From assembly GCA_023213395.1 (NCBI GenBank), contig CM041465.1:89783741-89847740 (forward strand): a stretch of 64,000 nt of DNA, given 5' to 3'. Below, in pieces: positions 13,200 to 26,845 of this stretch. The first letter of the stretch is position 1. Every line of letters starts with the position of its first letter. This DNA is from Cycas panzhihuaensis (taxonomy: Eukaryota > Plantae > Cycadophyta). Both the position numbers and the translations under genes were made by a program. The notes under the pieces are model-generated. The model did no database searches. It saw only the letters and a list, made by a program, of their open reading frames with translations, and was not told where the DNA came from.

Positions 13200-16100
13200 G
13201 CTAATCCCTGGCTCCATAAGGGTTAGTGATGGATTATATTCCTCTATTCTAAACTTCTAAAGTCTCTCCCTTACATATTTCGATTGTGAAAGGAGGATGT
13301 GGCCTAGATGTTGCTAAACCTTTGTGCCAAGAAAATAGTGAAGTAACCTAAGGTCAATCATCTCAACACTACTATTTAATTCCTCTTAGAGGTATAAAAT
13401 CCACTCTATGTCATTACTAATTATTAGCAATTCATCAATATACAACATAACTAGAGTGATTAAGTTATCTTAGATTTTGATATATAAATTGGGATCTAAG
13501 GATGAACATACAAGTCCATGCTTTTGAAAATACTCATATATCTTCATGTATGAAGTACGAGATAATTGTTTAAATCCATAAAGAGCCTTCTTCAACTTGC
13601 AAACTAGTTGTTCTTTTTCATGAACAACATAGCTGAGAGGTTGATTTAGGTGTACATCTTCCTGTAAGTCACTATTTAAAAAGGTGCTTTTCACGTCTAT
13701 CTAAAAGACAAGCCAATTAAACTAAGTTGTTAATACCAGGATAAGCCTCATGGTGGTCATGTTGGCAACAAGGATAAATGTATCATTATAATTGATGCCA
13801 TTAATCTATTTAAAACCTTTGGCAACCAATAATATTTTTTAGCATTAAATGGATCCATTCACATGATATTTTATTTTATAAATCCAATGGTAATAAATTG
13901 GTTTCTTTCTATTTGGCAACTAAACTAGCTCCTAAGTGTCATTTTGTAAAATACAATCCATTTCCCCATTTATGGTTGCTTTCCACTTTTGGTCTATAAC
14001 AACTTCTTCAAAAGTTGTAGGTTTGAGAGCTAATAATACTTTTGACATTAACATAAAGTTGGTAGATGACATATACTTGGATTACCTCTTAGATTATTGT
14101 GGAGGTGATGGAGCATAAGAGATCATCGATAAGCACCATTTAGGAAGCTACTTTGAAGGAATTATTAAAGTGGATATTGAAGTAGATGCAAAAGGTGTAG
14201 ACAAAGTACTAGGAGTATAGGATGAAGATGATGGCAATTAAACTACAAGAATATTTTATGTAGTAAAAGGAAAAGCAAGAATTACCACATGTTATTCATC
14301 AAAAAATAAAAGTCAAGTCATGTCTAGGTCCTAGTTCTCTTCTAAAACAATAACATCCCAAGATGTATACATTTGTCTAGAAGTAGGATTATAAAGTTTG
14401 TAAGCTTTGCAACCAAGCTAGTAGATAATGAAAGCACATTTTATTATTTTGTCCTTGAATTTCTTTTTTTATTCTTTTAGTATAAGCATATATGTTATAC
14501 ATCTAATGGTGCACAAATGTAACACCATGGGTTTTTAACATCATCAAGCCTCCTCAAGTGTAATATTTAAAATTGACTTAGTTAGAGTTGAATTTATGAG
14601 ATAAGCAGTAGTGCCAAGGGCTTTAGCCTGGAATTGAAGTCTTAAGTTCTTTGCAATAAGAATAGCTTTGTATTTGCTAACCAAGGTCCAATTCATATGC
14701 TCAGTAAATCTATTTTGATGAGGTATGTAAGGGGTAAAAGTTTGTTATTTGATGCCACTATCCTTGCAAAAATGGGTGAATTCTCTAGAAGTGTATTCAC
14801 CTCCATTATCATAATGAAGGATTTTAAGTGGCTTTCCAAATTCCAATTCTATGCCATGTTTAAATTCTCTAAATTTTGTAAATACTTTTGATTTTTGCTT
14901 CAAGAAATAGACCCATATCTTATGAGAATAATCATCAATAAATGTAATAAAATAATTATATCCATTAAATAATTCTTAAGACATAGGTCCACAAATGTCA
15001 AAGTGAATAAGGCCCAATGGATCTTTAACATGCTAAACTCTAGCATTTAATCTGAACATAGCCCAATGATATTTTCCCATGACATAAGCCTCATAAATAC
15101 ATTTAGTCTAGTTAATATTTGGTAATCCATGCACCATATTTAACTTTAAAAGCATATGAAAGCTATTCATATTCAAATGACCAAGGCATTAATTTCATAA
15201 TTGGTCTTTAGGAAGTCTCTAAGAAACAAGTGCCTTTGAAGTAGATTGCTCATTAGTATTAAGGTGGAAGTAGAAGTAGTAGAAGAGGAAGTTAAGTTAC
15301 TACAAGTTCCAATATCATTTTGTAGAAGTACAAGACTTGAAATTCCATCAAGTTTATACAAACCTTGGTCCTCGGAGCTAGAGACAATTAAATTACCATT
15401 CAAATTAGTAATTAAGAATTTCCCAAGGTAACTAAATAAGACATTAAAAGTTTGCTTACTTATTTGGTTGATAGATAAAATATTATATGTCATGACATGG
15501 ACATAGAAAACATTATTAAGGTGATTCTTAATATCATAATCCTTCAAAGAAATGAGAGTATTATCAATCTTGGCAACCTCTAAAATAACATCATCACTAA
15601 ATATTACTCATTCGTCCTATATTAGCCTTATATCTGTGATAAATTTCTAGAATCTATCATGGGATAAGAGGCTCTAGAATCTATCAACCATGATTTATTA
15701 GAATGATACATTATTAATGTAACAAAGAACAAGTTCTACGAATTGGCCATGTGGCCTCCTTATTTTTGGCTTTGATTCTATCTCTAGTTATAATTTATAT
15801 TATGTTGATTACCCTAGGGGCATTCTAGTTTTACCTTCTAGGTCCTTAGTAGTTGTCACATCTATGGTTTTAATTACCCTAAGTTATAGGATGATTCTGG
15901 TGGTGTTGTTATTGCAAATTAACTTTCTTCTTCTTATAATCAAATAAAATGTAACTAGGTTTCCATAATAATAATAAATAAACTAATTAAGATATTGAGG
16001 ACATTGTTAATGATATTGATATGGGTGTTGATTCAAATTCATTAAACTAAACTATTGATTAAGTTGTGAGCATTGTAGTTTCTCTTTATGCCATGTTATT

Positions 16101-16738
16101 AAAGCTATAGTTGAAGAGGAGGCACTTAAATCTCTAAGTTTATTTAAAATGTATTCCTCTTGAATCAAAGGACCTTCAGAAGTATTGAAATCTAATGTGG
16201 TAAAATAATTAAAATAAGATAGACTAGATATAAGAAAATTTTATTCTACTAACAATACATTGGCAATCCAAGATATCAAGTCACCATAATCAAGTGGTTG
16301 TCCTATAACCCTTAATTGGTTCTTGATTGCCTTGATTTGAGTCAGATAAGCTATAATTAATCTTACATATGGTATGGTGAGCACGATAAATCTAGAATTA
16401 TTCTTCCTTTTACATATTGCACAAATTATATCGTAAGCTTTAGTAGAAGTAGTAGCAAGCCTAATATTTTGGTTAACATTATCCTTACAAAAAAGGTATA
16501 AGAAAGAAAGGGCAAGTTCATCAGAGTTATTACAGGAGGCAAAAGCAACAAGATTAGTAGGAATGACAATATCAAGATCATCAATATCTTGAGTCTCTCT
16601 AGGCATGGAAATTTTACTAGAAATATAAGTCCATAGTTTATTTAATATTAGAATATTCTTAACTTGTTTCTTTTAAGCCAAGAACTTATCATTACCTGAT
16701 AATTTAATAGTATTGGTTGTAACCATTTGAAATTCCAT
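13200..16738 (-). pseudogene. Copia-2 gag-pol, truncated within RT
   Basis: Gag starts MEFQMVTTNTIKLSGNDKFLA*KKQV at 16738. Protease WLIDSRA (~15690), integrase FIDDYSHKIWVYFLKQK (~14900), RT VCKLKKALYG and SQSKYVRE..LTLMEPG ending ~13200. Confidence 0.88.
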
Positions 16739-16849
16739 TTTATCTTAAATATATTTCCTATCTACCTAAAGGTTTGTTAATATAGTATCCATAATCTTAA
16801 TATCTCCTTACCTGACTACCAGTAATAATTGAGATAATTTTGTCTAATG

Positions 16850-17196
16850 GCATACATACTTATAAGTAGTAGCTTAAGGACCTTATATACCCAAAGGTAT
16901 GTATGTTCTATTAAAGGCTTTACTACTTCCCTAATATTGTTGACCCACTTATGCCTAATTTATAGCCTAAATAATAGATCCTCATCTAAAGGCACACTTT
17001 TAACTAAGGTACTCATTTTTCCAAGTCTAACATGGTCTCTAAACTCTAAGGTTTATAAGGTATACACTTAAGTCTGCCACTCAATATAGCTAATAGCTAT
17101 TGCCCCCTATATAATACATAGAGATCGAAGAATGATAATAAGATGTGCAGGAGTGGTACCTTCAAGGGGCCTAACCATTCCCTTTGTAGGACTAGT
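16850..17196 (-). ncRNA. Degenerate copy of a conserved pre-gag structured leader domain (homologous to 62985-63400)
   Basis: The reverse complement shares colinear motifs with 62985-63290: GTTAGGnCCCnnGAAGnTACCAC, GTTTRGAGACCA..TAGAC, TGAGTRCCTT, TTAGGC.ATAAAT, AGTGGnnCAACAAT, AAAGCCTT, GGTATATA. Confidence 0.6.
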
Positions 17197-17749
17197 ATTA
17201 TAAGGTTACTTAGTTAGGAAACTATATTTTTAATCTTCTAAGTTTTTTAAAGATTTTGTGATTAAAATTTATTATTTTTTTATGTATATAAAAATAAATA
17301 TATCAAAAATTGAAAAGGCCTCTAAATTTTTGAGAACTACTTGAAATAGATTTTAAAATAGACTAAAAACTACTTAAAATAAGCTAGAAAAGGCTAAAAA
17401 GATTAAAAAATAAAAAACTTTAGAATGAAAATAAATATTAAAAAGGGAATATACTATAAATATTTTGAAATATATAACCTTTTCTTTTGATATGGTAAAA
17501 ATAGAAAGGGTTTAAAAATGGCCCCAACCCTGTTACATAACCTACCTCCCAACTATCATATCTGCCATAACAAGCCCATGGCCTAGCTAACCTCTACCTT
17601 CCCTAACCTTATCTAACATACTCCTACCATGGTAAGTCCATTAGCTAACTCTAATTCCCCATGTGGGGAGTGTTTTCCATATCCTTTTTAACCAGACCTA
17701 AAATCTCTTCTTGGACTACCTCTCTCCATGCCCAGTTCCTCTTATGAGA

Positions 17750-18309
17750 AACCCCCTAATTAGCTAGTTTATTAGCAACGACATTCTCTTCCCTGTAAGT
17801 GTGATATACCTAAACACTCTATCTACACTTTAGGCCATCTTAAATATCTCGGATCATGTTAGTTACTCTCTAATATGGGTCTACCTTACCTCTAAGCATA
17901 TTGATCACATTTAATAAATTCCCTTCAATAATCACCCTATCATAGCCTTCCCCTCAAACCATCTCCACTACCCTCTACATAGCTGCCAACTCTGCCCTGT
18001 GATTTGTTTGCTGCCTGTAATACTCCACAAAAGCCTATTTTACTTCCCTTTCTAATTTCTATAGATGCCTCCTCCACCTACCTCCCTAGGATTGCCTTTA
18101 GCCCCCTTGTCAAAGTTAATTTTCACCTACTTTTCTTGGGGAGGAATCCAGGAGCAATGCCTTCTCAATCCCATAGTGACTTTGGGCCTCCTTATCTCCT
18201 AATTCTCTAATATAATTTCTTCTAATCCTGGGACGAATTTCTCTTCTTTATTTTTAATTGTCTCTACTATTGTAGCATAAACAATCCCATGGAGCCTAAC
18301 TTCATCCAT
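17750..18309 (-). pseudogene. Non-LTR (plant L1)-type RNase H domain inside the Copia-2 leader
   Basis: Minus-strand translation with stops and frameshifts: WIPPQEK*VKINFD.GAKGNPREVGGGGIYRN..TNHRAELAA..GYDRVIIEGNLLNVINML..YREENVVANKLAN, the RVT_3/RNase HI pattern. Confidence 0.8.
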
Positions 18310-20399
18310 CTGTTTCTCCCCTAATATTTTTAAAACTATAAAAAAATAAAACTTAAATAGTGGATGAAAATTAGGGGAAAAATAAATAAGGATACAATCA
18401 AATATTTCTCCTTAATAAAGCTATGAAATCATAATTTAGCATTATAACTCAAGTCTAGATGCTAAGAGGATTAAAATTAGTGCTCATACTACCTAATTTC
18501 ACCAATCCTCTAGTAAATGGCAATAAGATAAATGTAAGAAGGTTGCATGACTTCACACTAAAAATAAATGATGCTATAAATAAATCTCTTGCATCTCCTT
18601 TGACTTCAAGCAATAATAAGATAGATGAATCTTAGTAATAGAGGACAAGAGCTTGAGTATCTTAGTTCTATCCCCAAGTAACATGCTAGTTCAACCTACA
18701 TTCTAATTGATAGGCTACCACAGTAGAGAGATGATAAAAAATAGAGAAATATATTAAATATCTTTGCCATCAAAGTAGTGGTATATGCATTAATGGAAGT
18801 TATGAGATTTAATGTCAAGAGCAATCTTAATATTTTCTTCTTTTCAATAGTAGCTCCTTTCTTCTAGCTAAGAAAGGACCTAAGTAATGATGAATTTCAT
18901 GTCATAAATCATATTTAGTACTAATAAATCAATCAAGAATCATAGTAATTTGAGAATGAATCGCAAGGATAAGTATTAATAACTATTAATTATTTTATCC
19001 AAACCCTAATAATTAATCAGTGAGAAAAAACAAACCTCTAAATCATTCTCATACTTTATAATAAAGAAATTAAACACTTGATTTATTTTCATCCTTGATG
19101 ATAAAGAAATCGAACCCCCAACCAAAGACAAAAACATAGTGTAATTATGAGATAATATGGAGCGTATCTTGGAAATGATACATTTGCTTATGGAGATTCT
19201 TTAGGTACCAAATCCACCCACTTTAGAAACGTTTCTAGGAAGGATTCTTATGTTCTTTAATATTATAATTCTATCACCTTAGAGTTGCTTTAGCTAAGTG
19301 AAGATTTTTGTGGTGACTTGACTTATTATTAATGTAAAAGGGATAATAAGCAACTAATAAATTGGAAAAATATGTGGAACATAACACTCAATGATATTAT
19401 GGCTTCCCTTCAGAACCAAACATGGAATTCTACACTGTTGGGTTTCTTAATTTAAGGTGTGGCCTTACTTGGAAAGATTTTTAGAGGATGCATCAAATGA
19501 AATAGCTACAGAGCTATATGGTCAACTTGCTTTGATACTAAGTGAAAGAAGAGGCATTAAATCCACCTTCCACTAAGGATATGCAATGCAAGGAGAATAA
19601 AAAAATAAAAATGAAGATGAGGACATCAAATTAATTAAGCCTCCAAAATAAATCTATTGGCATTCATTCATTACTTCAGGTATTACATAAGCAATTGCCT
19701 CACATATATACAAAAATGAATAGTTACAAGGGAGGCAAGAAGGTATATGAAGAGTTGATCATGCAAGGTGACTAGCGGCACCTTGTATGATCAATATTAT
19801 ATGTACATTACAATATGGTGTGGATATATGGGACCCCACAAGCATTAGGATCACCACTTACAAGTCATGACTAACCACTAACATAACTTCAAATACATTT
19901 ACAATTTATTTTATCATATTGATTTGATAAAGTAACTAACATGGCTTACTAACATAACTTTATATTTATAAAAGTATAATATATTATACATATCTACTAT
20001 TGAATTAATAAGCATATCATTAATTATTCCATCATTCTCATCCTTAGTAGCCTTTAGTTATGCCTCCCTCACTAATAATTGTGCCTTCAACTCCTAATAC
20101 ACATCTTGAGCTCACATGGTAAGTGCAAAATATCAAATAAGGAAGCCCAATAACTCAGGATCCCCCTCCTACTAAATAGGAGGCTCTCATGGGATGTACA
20201 CATATGGTAGAAGGGCATTAAGGGTCCTCCTCACTAGTGAGACCTTGATTGTCACCTCACATTGCATATAAACATATAGAAGTTAGTCATTTTATTCAAA
20301 AATATAATCAAAAGTCAAAAGTTATTAAAAGAATACAAGAACATGATCTAAATCAACAACATCTAAATATAAATAATTAATTATAGGTACCCACTAGAG

Positions 20400-21625
20400 G
20401 TAGTACAATAACATCAATTGTTGGCTCATGAACCTCTATTGCTCCTTGCTTGCCCACTACCACCTCTTGAGCTCTCTTTGAGCTTTCTTCATGTCGTTAA
20501 TAGGCAAATAAGCTATTGATACTACTATTAGTCACTCTTCCTACCCAAAGGCCTCCTCACCCTCTTCCCTATTACCATCTCCTTCATATTCAGTAGTTGG
20601 CTCACCCTCTCCCTTATCATCATCCCTTATTAACCCAGGAGGGATCACTCTCTATGCGAATGCAGTACCACCTACTCCACAATCACCCTTTGGTACCATG
20701 CCGCATGCTACTCCTCCTCCTCTACCCCTATGTAGAGGTGGGGATCCCTCTACTATGACTCTCTCAATTGCATCAGCCTCATCGTTAGACCATGTAGTCA
20801 TCCTATTAGACAAGTTAGGAATTAACTGGTTCCTTGTCATCCTCTTGAGATGATAGCCATATGTTCTCTTTATCACTACCTCTTATTTGTCATAGACACG
20901 CGATTATATGTGCTAATTATTCATCATAGGGTCCATGATACTTAAGCATCTTCATTATTGGTCTCATCAAGGGGTTACAGTCATATAGCCAACACATTAG
21001 GATATAGTTGTAAGAGAATCCTCCTTCTCCTCACCTATGAATATGGGATAACTACTAGGCCATACTATCAACAATAAAGTGACCCTAATCTATCCAAGTC
21101 TCTACCTCATATTACTTAATTATACTCACCCACTGAGTCAACACACCCATGAAGTTTTATATCTAGGCAACTTGAAACATGATAATATAAGCCAATACAT
21201 TTTGAAGTGCTAAAATCCCATTTACCTCCCTCATCACCTCAAGGGAGATCCTATGAAATCTAAAGTGTCTGGTTGACCTAGTTAAATATGTACTACAAGC
21301 CTATAGAGCCTCCTCCTCCACTATGTGGCTTAATCAGATCTTTTTTCCCTGCTATCTCACTCTTAAGATCCTTCTAATGTCCTTGGTAGTGATCCTAATG
21401 TCCCCTATCCTACACATTAAAATGTTCACTCTTTAGGGACCTATAAACTAATAAAATCCTTAAGAACCTTATACTCAATCATTAGCTAGATGGAGTAGTT
21501 GGCCTTAGCTAGCCCACACTACCTCAAAAGCTACCACTCAGTAACTATCAATACCCTAAGGAATGTCTTGATAGCCCATCCCTCATTCTCCTACATGTTG
21601 ATTCTCTTAATAGGTTGTTAAACAT
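20400..21625 (-). pseudogene. Plant mobile domain (PMD, aminotransferase-like) ORF remnant with Gly/acidic tail
   Basis: LLR*CGL..EYKVLKDFISL*VPKE*TF..GDIRITTKDIRRILRV..QGKKI and D*GHFIV..L..GGFSYNYILMCWLYDCNPLMRP match the PMD pattern W.PET.TF..GE.TITL.DV..ILG..G / WG..GG..LL.W.YE..P..RP. Confidence 0.6.
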
Positions 21626-23150
21626 AAAAATATAACTTCAAGGTAATCTTAGGGAGTAAAAATCTTAAATCAAGAGAAGCACCTAATTTATTCTTATTTT
21701 AAATAAAAATAGAGTGACATAATGAAAAATGTAATAACATATTAAAAAATATGATTACATAGCCAAAAACATAATGAACTAGTTAAAAGCATGACAAGAT
21801 AGACAAAAACTTGATTTTCCTAATTCCTTATTATAAAGATTATATTTTTTACTAGTTCCTTCTATTTTTAATAGGTACTTCGTGTTTTTCATAAATTCTA
21901 CCATATTTTTAGAGAAAATTTAAAAATAATATAAAACACTTTTAGTTGGGAACTTGCCAGATACCATACCACTTATTGTATCCTAGCTGTTTAAATCTAT
22001 TGGTGCTTTCCAATCTTCAAAACAGCTCTCTAAGTCTCCATAATCAAAATCTCAATAGTGAAATTTACCTTTGAATTGTAACTCCTACATGTGAAAATGA
22101 ATTAAGAAAGAACCATTTTTCCTTATAAAATAGCAATCCTCTAATAACAACTAAGTTCCTTATAGCTTCATTCTTCAATAAATTTTATCACGTGTAATTT
22201 AACTTGCATGTTTTAATTTCTCCTATAGATTTTTGTTGTGTTATGTAGTGACTTTTTTCCACCCTCTTTCTCTCTATTAATAGAGCAACCATGTTGAGAT
22301 AGACTTGAAATTAGGCCTAGAGATATATTACCCTTAACCTATCCATGTTTATACTCCATAAAATCCATTTCTCACCTATATTTGAATTCCATGTCCTTTT
22401 TGGCCTTTGGTCCTCCTTTTATTTCATGATCCTCCAAAGCACTACTAATGAGATTAAACTATAGAAACCATACCTCCAAAAATAGGTGTTAAAGATACTA
22501 AACTACAATAATTATAATATAACCCCACCTTTCCTAAGCACTAGTAAGTGGGAACCACCAAAGGGTTAAGTATTGGTGTTAGTTATTAAGATTTATGCAT
22601 GAGTCGCTAAGCCCACTAATAAGATGTAAGGCTACTAGGGCCACTAATAGGAGCATAAGGAAGAAAACAATTTTGTTTCTATTTAAAGGGTCGAATATCA
22701 CTTATGAAAGGGTTGAGTATTATTATCTTTTAAAGAGAAAGTACTTTGGTACTCCCTTTGGTGTTCAATTTATTTATGTATTTTGTTTTCATTAAGGTGA
22801 TATTTGGCATTTATTTCTATTGATCTACATTTGCAAAGTTGATTTTCTAAAAGGAAATGCTCTAATAACCACCCCCTCTAAAATCCCCCTTAACATGATG
22901 GGCAATCTAGTATTAAGTTTGAGTTTGAATGTGACCACACAAAGGGCTTTCTCAAGCTACCTTTATTCCATTTAAATAGAATATTCTTCATCACCTTCAC
23001 ATGTTAGAAACTCATCATCTAATCTGGTCTTTATTTTAGCATAGGAAAAAAAACTCAAGGCATCAAAATTTGAACTTCATTTCAATCCTAAAAGTCGAGT
23101 TACCACCATTAACCATCTTGCTCTCTATCATTAGCAAGAGATTCAGGTGA

Positions 23151-23880
23151 TAAGGGGGCAAATATTTCATAGTAACTAACTCTCTTGGCCTAATTAGGTT
23201 CATGTCTTGGTTTATTTTCTCAAACCACTTAGTAGTTATAATTTCTATTTATGCAATGGATATTACTTAGTTACCATTTAATTATGGGATTTTATTTGGT
23301 TGATTATTTATTAGTGGAAACTTTTGTTAGGGTATGGCTAAATATGTATCATTTTTTTAAGATATGGTATTAATAATACTATCATGTAATTTAATGCTTA
23401 TATCCAATATAGCTTGTAAACCACTCTAAGTTTTCCCTTTTCAATCAGTTTCTCTTTTAACACTATCAAGCTTTACAATTAATTTTAGCCTCATTTTTAT
23501 CACATTTTAGTCTATTCTCTTTGTGTTTTACTCCCTATTAAAGTCATTAATATATTTAGAAGACCTTAGTAAGTCAATTTTGTTAAAGTATGCTTTCTAT
23601 TTCTATCTTTTTGGCCTTCCTAGCTTGTCATATTCTTAACAATACCAAAAATGTGATATTATAAATAAAACATGACAATCTCTTTATTTTTTTATTTTAT
23701 TTATAAAATCATATTTTTTAGTTATTTATCACTCTTTTCTACTGTCATACTCGTAATGTATAAAATAAAATGCTAATTCCTCATCTTTTTTGCTATGATT
23801 TCTACCTAGACTTGAAGTTTTGTATTACCCCACCTACCTTGACTAATTCATGATTATATCACCTTCCTCCATGCAAGATT
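23151..23880 (+). mobile_element. Probable Tat PPT (AAGGGGGCAA) and start of the 3' LTR
   Basis: Tat/Ogre-like PPT at 23152-23161 followed by TATTTC (deaminated TG start) at 23163. No second LTR in the window to confirm. Confidence 0.4.
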
Positions 23881-25879
23881 TGGTTAAGAAAAATTAGTCA
23901 AACTATCAAAGAATTAAAAATAGAGAAGTACATTACATAATAATAAAGTGGATTACACAAATAAATATCATAAAGACATTAACATAATTTGTACATAGCT
24001 TCTAAATAGGTGGAAAACCCCTTTAGGGGAAGAAAAACCACCTTAGAAGTAAATAATTGTATTAACAAAATCTATAGTATATATCATACATAATATGTCC
24101 TTAACTCTCCCTATTTTTAGGAGAGAAAATAGGAACCTTTAAATAGGTTGAGTAAGGCAACTACCCAGTCAACCATTTTTTTAAATTAATATAATATAAT
24201 ACATAAAGTAAATTTCTCTTTAAATTAAAAACATAAGGTAATATTACTTGTTAATATCCCTCTTTAATGATATCTTATATACAAATATGATGAAGACTTT
24301 AACATGTTGATCCCTATTTAATGAAGACTTCATCAATCTTGATTAGTTGGTATAGCTTATCAAACTTGGCTTCTATAAGTAGCTTCATTAAGATATATAT
24401 AACTTAAATATCTATAGGATAATATAGTAAGTGAATGATTTTATCATTTACCAAATTCTAAATAAAGTATTGATGTAGTCCAATGTGTTTTGTTTTAGAA
24501 TAAGCAACAAGATTAGTAGCAATAGAAATAGCACTTTGATCATCAATATTTAAGCCAATAGAAGATAAAAAAAAATTAAGTTCATTTAATAAAAATTTAA
24601 TCTATAATATTTCTTTATTGGTTTCAATAAGAGCTCGATACTCAACTTTAGTTGTAGAAAGTGTTAATAATTAAATCTTTTTGCTTGACCAAGTAATTGG
24701 AGGGGATTTAAAAAAAAAAGATATACCTAACTATATATTTTCTTCCATTGGTATCTACTGTCCAGTCTGAATCTATATAACTAATTAGTTAAAAATGATC
24801 ATTAGGTTGTTGATAAGTTAAACCAAAATGAATTATACCTTTAAGATAGCATAGGATTCTCTTGGTTGCTCTCTAATATGATTCATATGGTTGCTCCATG
24901 AATCTGGAACACAAAGCTATAGGGTAAGAAATATCAGGTCAACTGTGAGTAAGATAAATTAAATTACAAATTAGTTGGTAATATAGAGTTGAGTCAATTG
25001 ATGGTGTAGTATAGTACAGTCAATTTAGTTTAATACTATATAAGGATTGCGACAGGTTTGTAGTCTTCCATATTCAATATCTTTGAAAGATCCAAAACAT
25101 ATTTGGGTTAAGAAATGACAATTTCAATTTTTTTTTTTTTGACAAACTTGAAGTCCTAAAAAATAATGTAGTAGGCCTAAATCTATCATTTTAAATTAAG
25201 ACATTAAGCTAGATTTTAAATTTAAAATATCAAAAGTTAAAGATCTAGCAAGTATAATGTCATGTACATAAAGAATTAAAAAAAGTAATATCATTGTTGT
25301 CTTTCTTAAAGTAAAGATTGGGGTCAGTAATACATTTAGTAAAACCATTATTTAAGAGATATTGATCAATTTTATTGTACAAAGCCCAAGGAGCTTGTTT
25401 GAGTCTATATAAAGATTTCTTTAGTTTGCATATTAAATTAGGATCTGAAATAAAGCCTTGAGGTTACTTCATGTAAATGTACTCTTCTAAGTCTCCATTT
25501 AAAAAGGCATTTTTAACATTCATTTAATGTATATTAAATTTAGTTATGAATGAAATAATAACTTTAATAGTATTCATTTTAACTACAAGATAAAATGTCT
25601 CATTATAGTTTATACCATTAATCTGAGAAAAACCTTTAGCCACTAGACATACTTTATATTTCTTGATGGCACCTTTAGAGTTATATTTTATATGATAGAC
25701 CCATTTACAATCTACCAATTTTTTTCCTAAAGGAAGAGGTACTAAGTCCCAAGATTTGTTTTTAATAAGAGCTTCAAATTCATTTTTCATTGCTTACTGT
25801 CAGACTAGATTTTGACTAGCTTCTTTAAAGGAATTTTAATCAATTTAGGACATTATCTTTACCATAAGAGTAAAGTGAA
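23881..25879 (-). mobile_element. 3' part of a Ty1/Copia element (Copia-3): RT-RNase H, PPT, 3' LTR
   Basis: ORF 25524-25790 (WDLVPLPLGKKLVDCKWVY..LVAKGFSQ); RNase H TKHIGLHQYFI (~24470); PPT at 24257-24264; LTR ~23881-24256. Confidence 0.85.
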
Positions 25880-26156
25880 TATTAGAGATGTAAATCCATA
25901 AGGTAAGAAAAGACATAAATAATAAACAAATTAAAGGATTAAATATGTACAAAAGATAAAATACCTTATAGAAATTATCATTTCTAATTATTGTAATTGG
26001 CACGTATATATAATTATAGTATATTATTATTCAACTATACATGAGAACCATTATAACTACTACATTAACAAATGATACTAATTTAACATTACATAAATGC
26101 GTTAAGAGAGTATCTTAATATTAAATAATTAAATATTATTCTAATACCCCCCTCCC
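25880..26156 (-). mobile_element. 3' LTR (25880-26146) plus PPT (26147-26156) of an element inserted in Copia-3
   Basis: Terminal inverted repeat TATTAGA...TCTAATA; adjacent CCCCCCTCCC reads GGGAGGGGGG on the minus strand; interrupts the Copia-3 frame at GTGAA. Confidence 0.7.
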
Positions 26157-26346
26157 ATAATATTTAATTATTAGTGTCACATCAATGCATACTAAGGATA
26201 GCACGCTTTCATCAAGACAGGAACTATGCATCTTCTTTAAATAAGATAGGCTCCATCCACCTTCTTCACCTATCCTGAAATCTATAATATATCTTGAAAT
26301 TACACCAACCATTTCTTATTGATGTCTATATAAAACAAGCTCCATC

Positions 26347-26845
26347 TAATAGATGTTAATGCATTAAGGTCTTTAGATTAATTATATAAAGGTGACTTTA
26401 GGTTAGCTAAGTCACATAGTTAAATGTAATTTCATTTATATTTAAGTGTAATTTTGAGATTATGTCATTAGGTGAAAAACTCTTTTGGAAACCCTATTGC
26501 ATATCCTCTGATATATAAGATTGAATGTGAAAGGGAGAGCCATAGTTCTTACCTTTTATTTTTTATTTCAATCTTGTTTTCTCTATTTTTCTCTTACTAT
26601 ATGCCATTGGTTTAGTGTAGTGGATTGTGGCAACTAGATCCATCACCCAACAACTAGTATCAAAGTCATTATTGACTACATTTCCCTACTAGGCTTGTAA
26701 GGATCCATTAATACCTCTCATTCATAATTCATGTGAGGTTGAGAGCTTATTTGAGAATCTTATTTTATATTAGAGAGTTTAAAATTATATTATTTTATAT
26801 ATTATTGCATTTGATATATGTGTAGAAATTTCGAGGTAAAAATAA
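26347..26845 (+). mobile_element. Family-B 5' LTR (26347-26652), PBS and ~190 bp of leader, then broken
   Basis: Homologous to 34237-34550 and 49173-49475; PBS TAGTATCAAAGT at 26655; 5' flank is CCATC. Confidence 0.9.

Larger units (their letters stand above)
12971..19990 (-). mobile_element. Ty1/Copia element (Copia-2) with ~2.8 kb leader and 3' internal deletion; right boundary uncertain
   Basis: LTR-like repeat pair at 12971-~13195 and 19543-~19770; PBS-like TAGTATCAAAGC at 19529-19540; gag-pol lies between. No TSD established. Confidence 0.65.
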
